From contig NZ_JAHDSX010000005.1 in assembly GCF_020969955.1 (NCBI RefSeq), positions 30,001 to 62,000 on the forward strand: a stretch of DNA of 32,000 nucleotides. The letters are read 5' to 3'. The translations under genes and the position numbers were made by a program. Below, piece after piece: positions 9,728 to 18,049 of the stretch. The notes beneath the pieces are model-generated. The model saw only the letters and a list, made by a program, of their open reading frames with translations, had not been told where the DNA came from and did not search any database. The stretch's first letter is position 1, and the number at the start of each line of letters is the position of its first letter. This stretch comes from Allobaculum fili (GTDB lineage Bacteria; Bacillota_I; Bacilli_A; Erysipelotrichales; Erysipelotrichaceae).

Positions 9728-10732
9728 TTAAAAATCGAGATCGAGGGACGAATCCGCGCAAAGGGTCTGATCCGCGCGCCGTCCATGACTCCAGGCGATT
9801 TCGCCTGCGATCGCGATCATCGCCGCGTTGTCCGTGCAGCAGCTCATAGGCGGGACGTTGAATTCCATGTTCGGATACTGTTTCGCGAGTTCAGCGACTT
9901 TTTCGCGCAGCCGGCTGTTGGCGCTTACACCGCCGCCGACAATCATCTGCTTCAGATCCGGATGGTTTTCGATCGCCTTGCGCACTTTGGTGAAAATTTC
10001 TTCGAGCGCGGTTTCCTGGAAGGAAGCGGCCAGATCTTCGACTTTCCATTCCTTGTTTTCCCGCTCCATGCGCTTCACAAACTGGAGCACGCCGGATTTC
10101 AGACCGGAAAAGGAGAAGTTGTATTCGCCAGGCGCTTTTGGACGGGGCAGCTTGTAAATCGGCTGGCCCTGTTTAGCGAGGCGGTCAATTTTCGGGCCGC
10201 CCGGATAGCCGAGGTCGAGGACACGGGCGACTTTGTCATACGCTTCGCCGATGGCGTCATCCTGCGTCTCGCCGAGAATTTCAAAGCTCGTCTCGTCTTT
10301 CATGTAAATGAGTTCCGAGTTTCCGCCGGACACCAAAAGTGCGAGCAGCGGAAATTTCAGGTCGGTATCGAGCTTGTTGGCATAAATGTGGCCGGCCAGA
10401 TGGTTAACGCCGACAAGCGGCTTTCCGGTCAGCAGCGACAGGGTCTTAGCCGCCTGTACGCCGACATGAAGGCAGCCGATCAGGCCGGGGCCCTGGGTGA
10501 CGGAAATCAGATCGATATCGTCCCAGGTCAGTCCGGAATCCGTAATCGCCTGATCAATGACGGTGGAAATATTTTCCACATGCAGGCGGCTGGCGACTTC
10601 CGGAACAACGCCGCCAAACTGTTTATGCGTGTCAATCTGTGAAGAAACGACGCTCGAAAGCACGTCCTTCTGATCCTTGACAACGGCTGCGGCGGTTTCG
10701 TCGCAGCTGCTTTCTATTCCAAATACAATCAT
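9728..10732 (-). CDS. tsaD: tRNA N6-adenosine threonylcarbamoyltransferase
   Basis: 334 aa. MIVFGIESSCDETAAAVV... is the Kae1/TsaD N-terminus, and GVNHLAGH is the metal-binding His pair. The gene sits in the classic tsaE-tsaB-rimI-tsaD context. Confidence 0.95.
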   Translation of the reverse strand: MIVFGIESSCDETAAAVVKDQKDVLSSVVSSQIDTHKQFGGVVPEVASRLHVENISTVIDQAITDSGLTWDDIDLISVTQGPGLIGCLHVGVQAAKTLSLLTGKPLVGVNHLAGHIYANKLDTDLKFPLLALLVSGGNSELIYMKDETSFEILGETQDDAIGEAYDKVARVLDLGYPGGPKIDRLAKQGQPIYKLPRPKAPGEYNFSFSGLKSGVLQFVKRMERENKEWKVEDLAASFQETALEEIFTKVRKAIENHPDLKQMIVGGGVSANSRLREKVAELAKQYPNMEFNVPPMSCCTDNAAMIAIAGEIAWSHGRRADQTLCADSSLDLDF

Positions 10733-10862
10733 TCCGTTTGGTTCCTTCCATTAGGGGATCCGGACTGGCTCTGAAGATTCCGTTCGGGTTTTCTCTTTCC
10801 CTTTTAGAAAGCGAAAAATCGATACAGACGCAAAGACTCTTCAGGTCGTCCGCATTTATGGT

Positions 10863-11300
10863 TTACAGTCCAATAGCCATGACCAGAGCGTCTTCGCCGT
10901 TGGCGTAATAGCCTTTGGAGCGGTGCAGAAAGACAAAGCCAGCCTTTTCGTACAGCATTCTGGCTGGCGTGTTGGACTCGCGCACTTCCAGACTGAACGT
11001 TTCGCAGCCCGCTTCTTTTGCATGATCGATGCAGGCCTGCAGAAGCGTCTGTCCATAGCCGTTTTTGCGGCAGGCGGGATCAATGCCGATATTGGCCAGC
11101 TGCGCCTGTTCAAACATGATCCACAGTATGGCGTAGCCGATGATTTTCCCCTCTTCTTCGAAAACGAGAGGGTGGGAAAAGGGATTTTCCTCCAGTTCAA
11201 ACGCAAACGACTCTTCCGGCCAGGCGTCTTCAAAACAGAGCTGTTCGAGCTCGGCGATGCGGGGAAGATCGGCCTGCGTCATCGGGCGGACCTTGCTCAC
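10863..11300 (-). CDS. rimI: ribosomal-protein-alanine N-acetyltransferase
   Basis: GNAT with acetyl-CoA motif RKNGYGQTLL, positioned between tsaB and tsaD. The listed start is a GTG overlapping the tsaB stop (GTGA). An alternative ATG at 11282 gives MTQADLPRIAELE. Confidence 0.85.
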   Translation of the reverse strand: MSKVRPMTQADLPRIAELEQLCFEDAWPEESFAFELEENPFSHPLVFEEEGKIIGYAILWIMFEQAQLANIGIDPACRKNGYGQTLLQACIDHAKEAGCETFSLEVRESNTPARMLYEKAGFVFLHRSKGYYANGEDALVMAIGL

Positions 11301-11893
11301 GCCAGATACCTCTGGCTTTCTTTCATATAGCAGGGCGTCAGTGCGTCCACATTTTCCACGTCTTTGGCGAGCGGCAGCAGGGCCCGGGCGTTTTCCAGGA
11401 AATCCGATGGCTGGGCGGTCTGTCCGATCAGCTCGCCTTCGCCATACAGCACTCCCGGATGATCCTGGAAATAGGCCGGCAGATCTTCAACAGGCAAAAT
11501 TTCCTTGAAGAGCTCCACCCCGTTTTCCAGATGGCCTACATATGCGCGGCTGGCGCGGGCATCGAGGATGACGTTGGCCTTGGGGGCGGTTCCCGCGTAA
11601 AGCTGCAGGGTTGAAATCGTGCGCACTTTCGCATGGGACTGCGTTCCGAGAATTTTGGCGGTCGTCATGGCGATCCGCAGGCCAGTATAGGAGCCCGGAC
11701 CGTCGGTCACAATGACTTCGTCAATATCCTTCAGGCTCCAGCCGGCTTTTCTGAGCAGAACTTCCAGTTCTGCCAGCAGGCTTTCGCTCTGTTTCTTGAA
11801 TGCTTCTTTCGAAAGGCCTTCGACCAGGTTTCCGTCTTCAAAAAGCGCGATCACCAGATTTTTCCAGGCCGTATCCATAACAAGGGTTTTCAT
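11297..11893 (-). CDS. tsaB: tRNA threonylcarbamoyladenosine biosynthesis protein TsaB
   Basis: 198 aa. YeaZ/TsaB motif VTDGPGSYTGLRIAMTTAK. Its ATG overlaps the tsaE stop by 1 nt. Confidence 0.9.
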   Translation of the reverse strand: MKTLVMDTAWKNLVIALFEDGNLVEGLSKEAFKKQSESLLAELEVLLRKAGWSLKDIDEVIVTDGPGSYTGLRIAMTTAKILGTQSHAKVRTISTLQLYAGTAPKANVILDARASRAYVGHLENGVELFKEILPVEDLPAYFQDHPGVLYGEGELIGQTAQPSDFLENARALLPLAKDVENVDALTPCYMKESQRYLA

Positions 11894-12354
11894 CAGGCAT
11901 ACTCCTTCATGATTTCATCCACGATTTTGCGGCTTTCTTCGCCGGTCGCCTCGATTTGTACATCGCGGCTCGTCTCGCCGGTTTCCGCAAGAGACATCGC
12001 AATATGATCCGATGGAATCTGTTCTTCAATGTATTCTGCCCACTCGACGACGCAAAGACCGTCTGTGAAGCATTCTTCAAAGCCGAGGTCCTGGTGGGCG
12101 CCTTCCAGGCGGTAGGCATCCATGTGGTAAAGCGGGGTCCCGTCGGCGGTTTTATACGATTTCATAATCGTAAAGGTGGGCGAGTTGATCGTTCGCTTTA
12201 CGCCCAGCGCCTGTCCGAAAAAGCGGGTCCACGCGGTTTTGCCCGCGCCCAGATCGCCATCGAGGGTGATGGTCATCGTTTTATCTTTAAGCTGCCGGGC
12301 AAACGCTTCGGCAAGCTTTTTGGTATCGTCAAGGGTTTCAAGATGCAGGGTCAT
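11893..12354 (-). CDS. tsaE: tRNA t6A biosynthesis ATPase TsaE
   Basis: Walker A GDLGAGKTAWTRF, plus SPTFTIM and YHMDAYRL motifs. I chose the start at ATG 12354 (MTLHLETL...) rather than the ORF-track 12411. It still overlaps the rarA stop (12338) by 17 nt. Confidence 0.85.
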   Translation of the reverse strand: MTLHLETLDDTKKLAEAFARQLKDKTMTITLDGDLGAGKTAWTRFFGQALGVKRTINSPTFTIMKSYKTADGTPLYHMDAYRLEGAHQDLGFEECFTDGLCVVEWAEYIEEQIPSDHIAMSLAETGETSRDVQIEATGEESRKIVDEIMKEYA

Positions 12355-13753
12355 GTTCACTCTTTTCAGCCTTCTTCCTGTTCTGGGAAATACTTTTCTT
12401 AATCTGCGCAATCTGTTCCATGCGCCGGCCGACTTTGGCTTCGCTGCCCAGCGTGCCAGGCCGGTAGTAGACGCGGTCCTTGAGCTTGTCGGGCAGGCAG
12501 ACCATGTCGGTCATGTGCAGAGGATAGTCATGCGAATATTCGTACCCGTCGCCATAGCCGAGATCCGCCATGAGTGAAGTCGGTGCATTGCAAATGTGAA
12601 GCGGCACCGGCTCTTCGAGCGTCTTGAGCGCGTCTTCCTTGGCGGCGTTGTACGCCGTTTCCAGAGAATTGCTTTTGGGCGCCAGGGCGAGATACGTCAT
12701 CGCATGGGCGAGATGAATGGCGCACTCGGGCATGCCGAGATACATGCACGCCTGATAGGCGGCAATCGTAATTTCCAGTGCCCGGCTGTCGGCCATGCCG
12801 ATGTCTTCGCTGGCCATGCGCACCGCTCTTCGCGCAATGTAGAGCGGATCTTCACCGCCTTCTAACATGCGTGCCAGCCAGTACATGCACGCCTGCACAT
12901 CCGAGTTTCGCATCGATTTGTGCAGGGCGGAAATCATGTCGTAGTGACGGTCGCCTTTTTTATCGTACAGCAGCGTCCGTACGCCAAGGACCTGCTTGAT
13001 AATGTCTTCATCGACGTGAACGCCGTAAATATCATCCGGCGAGTTGGTGATAATCATCTCCAGCGTGTTCAGTGCCAGTCGGGCGTCGCCATGGGCGAAC
13101 GTCGCAACGGCGTGAATCTGATCGTCCGTCATGTGAATCGCTGTTCCGCCGTATCCCTTTGGCGATTCAATCGCCTGATGGAGCAGCCGGACAATGTCGT
13201 CGGTCTGCAGGGATTTCAGAACGAAAACTTTACAGCGCGATAACAGGGCGCTGTTGACTTCAAAGCTCGGGTTTTCCGTCGTCGCGCCGATCAGGACAAT
13301 GCTTCCCTTTTCTACCCAGGGCAGAAAGGCGTCCTGCTGCGCTTTGTTAAAGCGGTGAATCTCATCGATAAACACGACGGTGCGCTTGCCGTTTTTCCGA
13401 TCGGTTTCGGCCTGCGCCATCATTTCCCGGATCTGCTTAATGCCCGTCTGTACGGCTGAAAAAGTCACAAACCGGCTCTGGGTCTTTTTGGCGATGATGC
13501 TCGCCAGCGTCGTCTTGCCCACTCCGGGCGGGCCCCAGAAAATCATCGAAGGCAGCGTGTCCTTTTCAATGCAGTTCCACAGCAGCGATCCGGGCTGAAT
13601 CAGGTGCGTCTGTCCGCAGTATTCTTCCAGCGTATCGGGCCGCATCCGATCGGCAAGCGGACGAAGCATAAATCCGTCTTTTTTCGAAGGATCCGGGTTC
13701 TCGCGATATTCCTCATCGCCGGAAATCGGATCAAAAAGCGTGTCCTGTCTCAT
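12338..13753 (-). CDS. rarA: replication-associated recombination protein A (AAA+ ATPase)
   Basis: Walker A GPPGVGKTTLA, VVFIDEIHRFNKAQQD, and the MgsA C-terminal domain (HYDMISALHKSMRNSD). The ORF-track start at 13816 is a TTG with no SD. I prefer ATG 13753 (MRQDTLF); ATG 13669 (MLRPLADRMRP) is an alternative. Confidence 0.88.
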   Translation of the reverse strand: MRQDTLFDPISGDEEYRENPDPSKKDGFMLRPLADRMRPDTLEEYCGQTHLIQPGSLLWNCIEKDTLPSMIFWGPPGVGKTTLASIIAKKTQSRFVTFSAVQTGIKQIREMMAQAETDRKNGKRTVVFIDEIHRFNKAQQDAFLPWVEKGSIVLIGATTENPSFEVNSALLSRCKVFVLKSLQTDDIVRLLHQAIESPKGYGGTAIHMTDDQIHAVATFAHGDARLALNTLEMIITNSPDDIYGVHVDEDIIKQVLGVRTLLYDKKGDRHYDMISALHKSMRNSDVQACMYWLARMLEGGEDPLYIARRAVRMASEDIGMADSRALEITIAAYQACMYLGMPECAIHLAHAMTYLALAPKSNSLETAYNAAKEDALKTLEEPVPLHICNAPTSLMADLGYGDGYEYSHDYPLHMTDMVCLPDKLKDRVYYRPGTLGSEAKVGRRMEQIAQIKKSISQNRKKAEKSEHDPAS

Positions 13754-13905
13754 AGTCTTCCTATTATACAACGAAGGGAAACGTTCCCCTCTCTGATATC
13801 CTGCGGGGATTGTCAAGCGATTTCAGGACACACTTTTGGTGAATTTTCTGACCGATTTTTTCGCCGGGCACCGGTTTTTCCCCTTTGCGTGCGCAAAAGC
13901 GGCGC

Positions 13906-13947
13906 ACAAAAAAGCGAAAGCCAGGGGCGGTAAAGCCCGGCCTTCGC
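13906..13947 (-). terminator. rho-independent terminator after the zinc-ribbon gene
   Basis: Minus strand reads gcgaaggccggg-ctttac-cgcccctggctttcgc followed by ttttttg. The stem is 12-13 bp including two G-U pairs. Confidence 0.7.
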
Positions 13948-13968
13948 CTGAAAATCTTTACTCGTACA

Positions 13969-15087
13969 TCAGTCGATCATCATGAACACGCCAATCATGA
14001 CCACGGCCAGAATGAGCCAGGACAAAAGGAAGCAGAGTATGAAGTAGCGGTTTCGCTTTCCCTTGTCCACGGGGATATTGCCGGCGATCTGACCAGTCTG
14101 TCCGTTGACGGCGATGACGTGATCTTCGCCCTGATCCCGCTTGTAGTCCATGTAAAGCAGATACGCCGGCAAAATGGCGTAGTCCGCGCTTTTCAGCGCC
14201 CGGCGAATCTGACTGCCGGTGACGTGGAGTCCTTCGTAGCCGCCCATCGTGCTGGTGAGCGCAGACTCAAACGATTCTCTGGCGCGTTCTTCCGATCGGG
14301 CAGCGCGTGTATCGGAATCCTGATCGTAACGCTGCGCCAGAAAGCCGGGCAGATAGCCGGGATTGTACGGCATGAGCTTGTCGTAGTTGTACGGTTCGAT
14401 GGCGTTCATCGCTTCCTCGCTTGCCTTGGACGATGCCACCACCGGAATTTTCCAGAAATCCATGGAACCGCCGCGTTCGATCTGATACACCATGTGATCG
14501 GTCACCATGTACTTGCCGCGCCGCGTCGTAATCGTATGTTCGCCGCGCGCACTCATCATGCCGTTCATCTGCAGATCGTAAAGCCAGTATGGCAAATAAA
14601 TGCCCTGGATTTTATCGATGACATTTTCCGAAGCGTATTCATCGGGATAAAACGGCTTTTTGGCAATGTACTGTTCATACAGTTCGCCAAGCCGCTTTTT
14701 ATCGATTTCAAAAGGAACTACGTATTTGGGGGCAAACTTGCCGCTTGTCTGCTTTTCAATGACCAGCGGGGTCTTGCAGAAAAGACACGTGGTAGCGGAC
14801 GTCGTTTTATCGGTCACAATTTCCGCGCCGCAGTGCGGGCACTCGTACACGACGAGATCTTCCGTGCTTTCCGTACTGCCGTCGGTCGCCCTGACAAAGG
14901 CTTTCATACCGGACTGGCTAGCGCTTGTATCTTCATGGACTTCATGATCGACCAGTCCTTTTTGAGACTGGCCGGCGTTTTCCTGTTCGTTCAGTTCCTG
15001 AACGCGGCCGCAGAACGGACATTTCAGCTTGCCGGATTCCGGATCAAACTGCAGTTCGCCGCCGCAGTTGCTGCATTTGTATTCCAT
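13969..15087 (-). CDS. double zinc-ribbon protein with a C-terminal transmembrane anchor (possibly B. subtilis YdjG-like)
   Basis: 372 aa. It has two CxxC...CxxC ribbons (CSNCGGELQFDPESGKLKCPFCG and CPHCGAEIVTDKTTSATTCLFCK). A conserved-looking central region (PKYVVPFEIDKK...IQGIYLPYWLYD) follows, then a single hydrophobic C-terminal helix (YFILCFLLSWLILAVVMIGVFMMI). A GGAGG lies 9 nt upstream, and its ATG overlaps the stop of the upstream TPM gene by 1 nt. Confidence 0.8.
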   Translation of the reverse strand: MEYKCSNCGGELQFDPESGKLKCPFCGRVQELNEQENAGQSQKGLVDHEVHEDTSASQSGMKAFVRATDGSTESTEDLVVYECPHCGAEIVTDKTTSATTCLFCKTPLVIEKQTSGKFAPKYVVPFEIDKKRLGELYEQYIAKKPFYPDEYASENVIDKIQGIYLPYWLYDLQMNGMMSARGEHTITTRRGKYMVTDHMVYQIERGGSMDFWKIPVVASSKASEEAMNAIEPYNYDKLMPYNPGYLPGFLAQRYDQDSDTRAARSEERARESFESALTSTMGGYEGLHVTGSQIRRALKSADYAILPAYLLYMDYKRDQGEDHVIAVNGQTGQIAGNIPVDKGKRNRYFILCFLLSWLILAVVMIGVFMMID

Positions 15088-15866
15088 CAGAAATGACCTC
15101 CGCTTCCGGTATGGCCAGCCGAACCGCCGCCGGAAAATCCTCCGCCGTGACTGGGGGAGTCGCTTTCCACCTTGACGCGTGTCTGGTAGGCACGCACAAA
15201 GCGGTCTTCCTTATGTTTGAGATTGAGCGCGTCTTCGTATTCCGCAGCCTTGCGCGCCAGCTTTTTGTCTTTATGCCTGCCGACTTTGACGCCCGTCCTG
15301 ATCAGGGCAATGACCAGAGAGAGAATCAGGGACAGACCGATCAGAAGCAGGGACGTTTTCCATTCCACAAACGGCTTTTTCAGCCAGCCCATGGACGTGG
15401 TCTTTAAATAGAAGCGCTTATCCGCCTTTTCGAGAACGGTCATGGCGCTTTCAAAATAATTGCCCTCTTTCAGCTTGTCCGCCGCAGCATCCGAAAGACG
15501 GTCCTGCTTGCTCTGGGTAAAAATGCTGCGAACCGTATCGCCGTAGGCGTCTACCCAGTACGAGCGGTCCGACATATTGATGCCGTACGCCAGATAGCCG
15601 GCGGGATACTCCGATTCGCCGGTCGACTCGAGCATGTCTCTGGCGTAATTGTCCGAATACTGGGGAACGCTGGACGTATAAACCCAGACAGTCGTGTTGT
15701 AGTCGCTGCTCATTTGTTCGCATTTTTCTTCCAGAACGGCTTCTTCTTCGGCCGTAAACAAATCCGCGTCATCGATGACCAGCGGTTCTTTCGCCATCAG
15801 CGACAGGCTGGGCACAAGAAGGAACAGGGAAAGCAGAACGGCGATCAGACGGTTTCCTTTATGCAT
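15087..15866 (-). CDS. TPM-domain membrane protein (YgcG/DUF477-like; possibly YdjH-like)
   Basis: The start is taken at ATG 15866 (MHKGNRLIAVLLSLFLLVPSLSLMA, signal-like; GAGGA 5 nt upstream), not the ORF-track 16151. The TPM-like region reads LVIDDADLFTAEEEAVLEEK...VWVYTSSVP...AYGINMSDRSYWVDAYGD...LKEGNYFESA. A TM helix (LLLIGLSLILSLVIALI) follows, then a Gly-rich tail GGGFSGGGSAGHTGSGGHF. Confidence 0.8.
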   Translation of the reverse strand: MHKGNRLIAVLLSLFLLVPSLSLMAKEPLVIDDADLFTAEEEAVLEEKCEQMSSDYNTTVWVYTSSVPQYSDNYARDMLESTGESEYPAGYLAYGINMSDRSYWVDAYGDTVRSIFTQSKQDRLSDAAADKLKEGNYFESAMTVLEKADKRFYLKTTSMGWLKKPFVEWKTSLLLIGLSLILSLVIALIRTGVKVGRHKDKKLARKAAEYEDALNLKHKEDRFVRAYQTRVKVESDSPSHGGGFSGGGSAGHTGSGGHF

Positions 15867-16140
15867 ACAATCCTCACTTGCAGACTCGATTTCAGTCCGC
15901 TTCGATCCATAGCCGGTTTCCGTCTTTGCCTCTGATTTCAGACAGAAGGGGCAGTCTGTGTATGGACCGAGATTTTCTCCATTATACGTTTGCGCGCTCT
16001 TCGCGTCTTTTTCTTTCGAATTTGATAATCTTCGCAATCCGCTTGACGGCTTTTTTGCACCGATTTGAAGTCCTTTTCGAAGTCCTCCCGCTTTGGATTT
16101 CTGGTGCCTTCGGACAAACATTCTGAAACCCCGCATCCGG

Positions 16141-16174
16141 AAAAAGCACATGCGGCAGTCCTGGACTGCCGCAT
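16141..16174 (-). terminator. rho-independent terminator after the 432-aa repeat protein
   Basis: Minus strand reads atgcggcagtcc-ag-gactgccgcat followed by gtgctttttcc. The inverted repeat is near-perfect, about 11 bp. Confidence 0.7.
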
Positions 16175-16212
16175 GAATCGCTCATTGGTCTGATTTCTCT
16201 TTTTCTTCGCAG

Positions 16213-17511
16213 TTATTCGTACCAGTACTTCAGATTGTGCGGCTGGAAGTCGTAGTAAATCTGATAGCCGAACGGATCCGGAATGGAAACCAGATACAGA
16301 TCGTTTTTCAGCTCCGTTTTCGCGGTGCCGTGATCGACGCTCATTTTCCAATTGTACGTATTGGGCTGACCGTCCTTTGGCTGCACGTTTTCGGTGCTGA
16401 ACTGGACGATTCCGTTCATTACGTTATCGATCGCTTCGCCCGCGCTCAGTTCATCCTGATACAGATAGCCGGTATCGTAGCGTTCAAAGCGAACCGCGTT
16501 TCCGTTAAAGCGTCCGTTTCGCAGCGTACCGCAAGCCGTTGCGAACTGGTCGGTACCCGCTTTGGTACTCAAGAAGCATCCGTTTGCGGACAGCGTACCG
16601 CCGCTCACCGTGTCCGCGAGCATCAGCTGCCGCTTCCAGGGCGAGTAAATCAGAATCGGACGATTCGCTTCCCAGGCGCTCAGTACGATCAGGCTCTGTC
16701 CCGGATCGGACCAGCCGACAAGCCTGCCGTTCTGGAACGCCAGAGTCCGTCCATCCGACATCGCATCCGCGCTGCGCATGAGCGCTGCAAGGGTGTCCGC
16801 CTTTTCGTACAGACCATCAAGGCTGCGTTTTTTCGCCGCGTCGCTCAGAGCCGCCTGATATTCGGTCATGCTCTGTTCGAGCGCTTTCGCGTAGCCCTGC
16901 GTGGGAATTACCGTGGAAATGCCATACCAGCCAATGTCTTCGCTCTTCCAGCCCTGTCCGGCCAGAAATTCGTATTCGCGCGCATCCTGGGTGTAGTTGT
17001 GCGATCCGGTCTGCGCATTGGGATTGTAGGAACGATACAGCGGCGTGCCGTTTAGGGCATCGGCGGAATACCAGCCAGTGCCTTCATCGATCCAGCCCAT
17101 CGAAACGAGATGATCTTTTTCCCGTGCAGCGGCGGTGTAAAAATGATCGCCGGCATTTGGATTGTAGAGACGATACACCGGCGTGCCTGAGACGTTTGGG
17201 GCATACCAGCCCAGACCTTCGAGCGTCCAGCCGACCTGGACGAGATAATCCCGTTCGTTGCGATCCTGCGTATAAAAATGTTCGCCGGAGTTAGGATTGT
17301 ACAGGCGATACATCGCATTGCCTTCCGGAGCGCTCAGCGGCGCGGTTGCGGTGCCGTTCACAAAGGTCGGACGGCCTTCCAGCCGGTCCACCACATGAGA
17401 AACCCGATGAACGCGTGTCCATCCGCCCGTTTCTTCCTGGGCCATAACCGGCACGCTAAAAACGCCAAGCAGTACGCTGGCTGCTGCAGTCAGGCGAATC
17501 CAAGACTTCAT
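16213..17511 (-). CDS. secreted protein: signal peptide, three YRLYNPN-type repeats (DUF5648-like by recollection), and a ~230-aa C-terminal domain of unknown function
   Basis: 432 aa. Signal peptide MKSWIRLTAAASVLLGVFSVPVMA|QEE. The three ~45-aa repeats are YRLYNPNSGEHFYTQDRNERDYLVQVGWTLEGLGWYAP, YRLYNPNAGDHFYTAAAREKDHLVSMGWIDEGTGWYSA and YRSYNPNAQTGSHNYTQDAREYEFLAGQGWKSEDIGWYGI. I cannot assign a family to the C-terminal half. Confidence 0.8.
   Translation of the reverse strand: MKSWIRLTAAASVLLGVFSVPVMAQEETGGWTRVHRVSHVVDRLEGRPTFVNGTATAPLSAPEGNAMYRLYNPNSGEHFYTQDRNERDYLVQVGWTLEGLGWYAPNVSGTPVYRLYNPNAGDHFYTAAAREKDHLVSMGWIDEGTGWYSADALNGTPLYRSYNPNAQTGSHNYTQDAREYEFLAGQGWKSEDIGWYGISTVIPTQGYAKALEQSMTEYQAALSDAAKKRSLDGLYEKADTLAALMRSADAMSDGRTLAFQNGRLVGWSDPGQSLIVLSAWEANRPILIYSPWKRQLMLADTVSGGTLSANGCFLSTKAGTDQFATACGTLRNGRFNGNAVRFERYDTGYLYQDELSAGEAIDNVMNGIVQFSTENVQPKDGQPNTYNWKMSVDHGTAKTELKNDLYLVSIPDPFGYQIYYDFQPHNLKYWYE
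16918..17310 (-). repeat. three tandem coding repeats (~135 nt each) encoding YR(L/S)YNPN..H.YT...E...L...GW..E..GW
   Basis: Repeat boundaries were computed from residues 68-198 of the 432-aa ORF. The DNA-level motif GGATTGTA.AG.CGATACA recurs at about 17021, 17160 and 17294. Confidence 0.8.
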
Positions 17512-17961
17512 TTTTCTCTTTCTCCTTTCAGACGCTTCGATTGATGCGTCCTTTCTTTTTCCTTTTTCAGAGCCGCCCTCTGTTTTGTCATTTCGTTTTA
17601 CGCGCTCAGGCGGGAAAAGACAATTTCCAGATTCTCCAGAAAAGGATAAGGAATCGATGGTCCCTGCTTATGCGGTTTCTTTTTCGCCAAACCGCTTTTT
17701 TCGCAGATCCTGTGGTTCCTGTTCAAAAAGAAAAGGCCCCGCTAAGGGATTTTTCTTTCCTTTCGTCGCTTTTTTTAACAGGTGTACCTTCCAGTATAGC
17801 AGTTGCCAATTTTTACTCTTTTTCTTTTTCAAATCCACACCATTTCCAGAGGATTTGCGCAAAGATGTACAGGTTTTCCAGCGATCGAAGCCGCTCTGTC
17901 CTTCCTTGACTTCGTATCTCTACTTTACCCGGCTGTTCGTACTCGCTTTTGGCAGGGGGTG

Positions 17962-17996
17962 AAAAAAGCAGCCTTTCCGCATGGGGGAAAAGCTGC
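17962..17996 (-). terminator. rho-independent terminator after the 173-aa repeat protein
   Basis: Minus strand reads gcagcttttcc-cccatgc-ggaaaggctgc followed by ttttttc. The stem is 11 bp with one mismatch. Confidence 0.6.
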
Positions 17997-18049
17997 CGTA
18001 TTGCTTGATTAAACTCAGAATTCAGCCGGTCCGGATCTAAAGCCGGCGA

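Noticed and set aside
13754-13830. Perfect TTGACA and TATAAT hexamers upstream of rarA as a consensus promoter.
   Set aside because: The two hexamers are ~43 nt apart, far from the 16-18 nt spacing required. The TATAAT lies only 9 nt from ATG 13753, so at best it acts alone. That ambiguity is the reason for flagging the alternative start at 13669.
15867-16151. N-terminal extensions offered by the ORF track. They affect the TPM gene to 16151, the small repeat protein to 18715, the cytidylate-kinase-like gene to 25396, rarA to 13816, tsaE to 12411 and paralogue B from 27590.
   Set aside because: The extensions are basic, low-complexity or non-homologous, and several begin at GTG/TTG. Internal ATGs are preceded by SD sequences and give family-typical N-termini or signal peptides.
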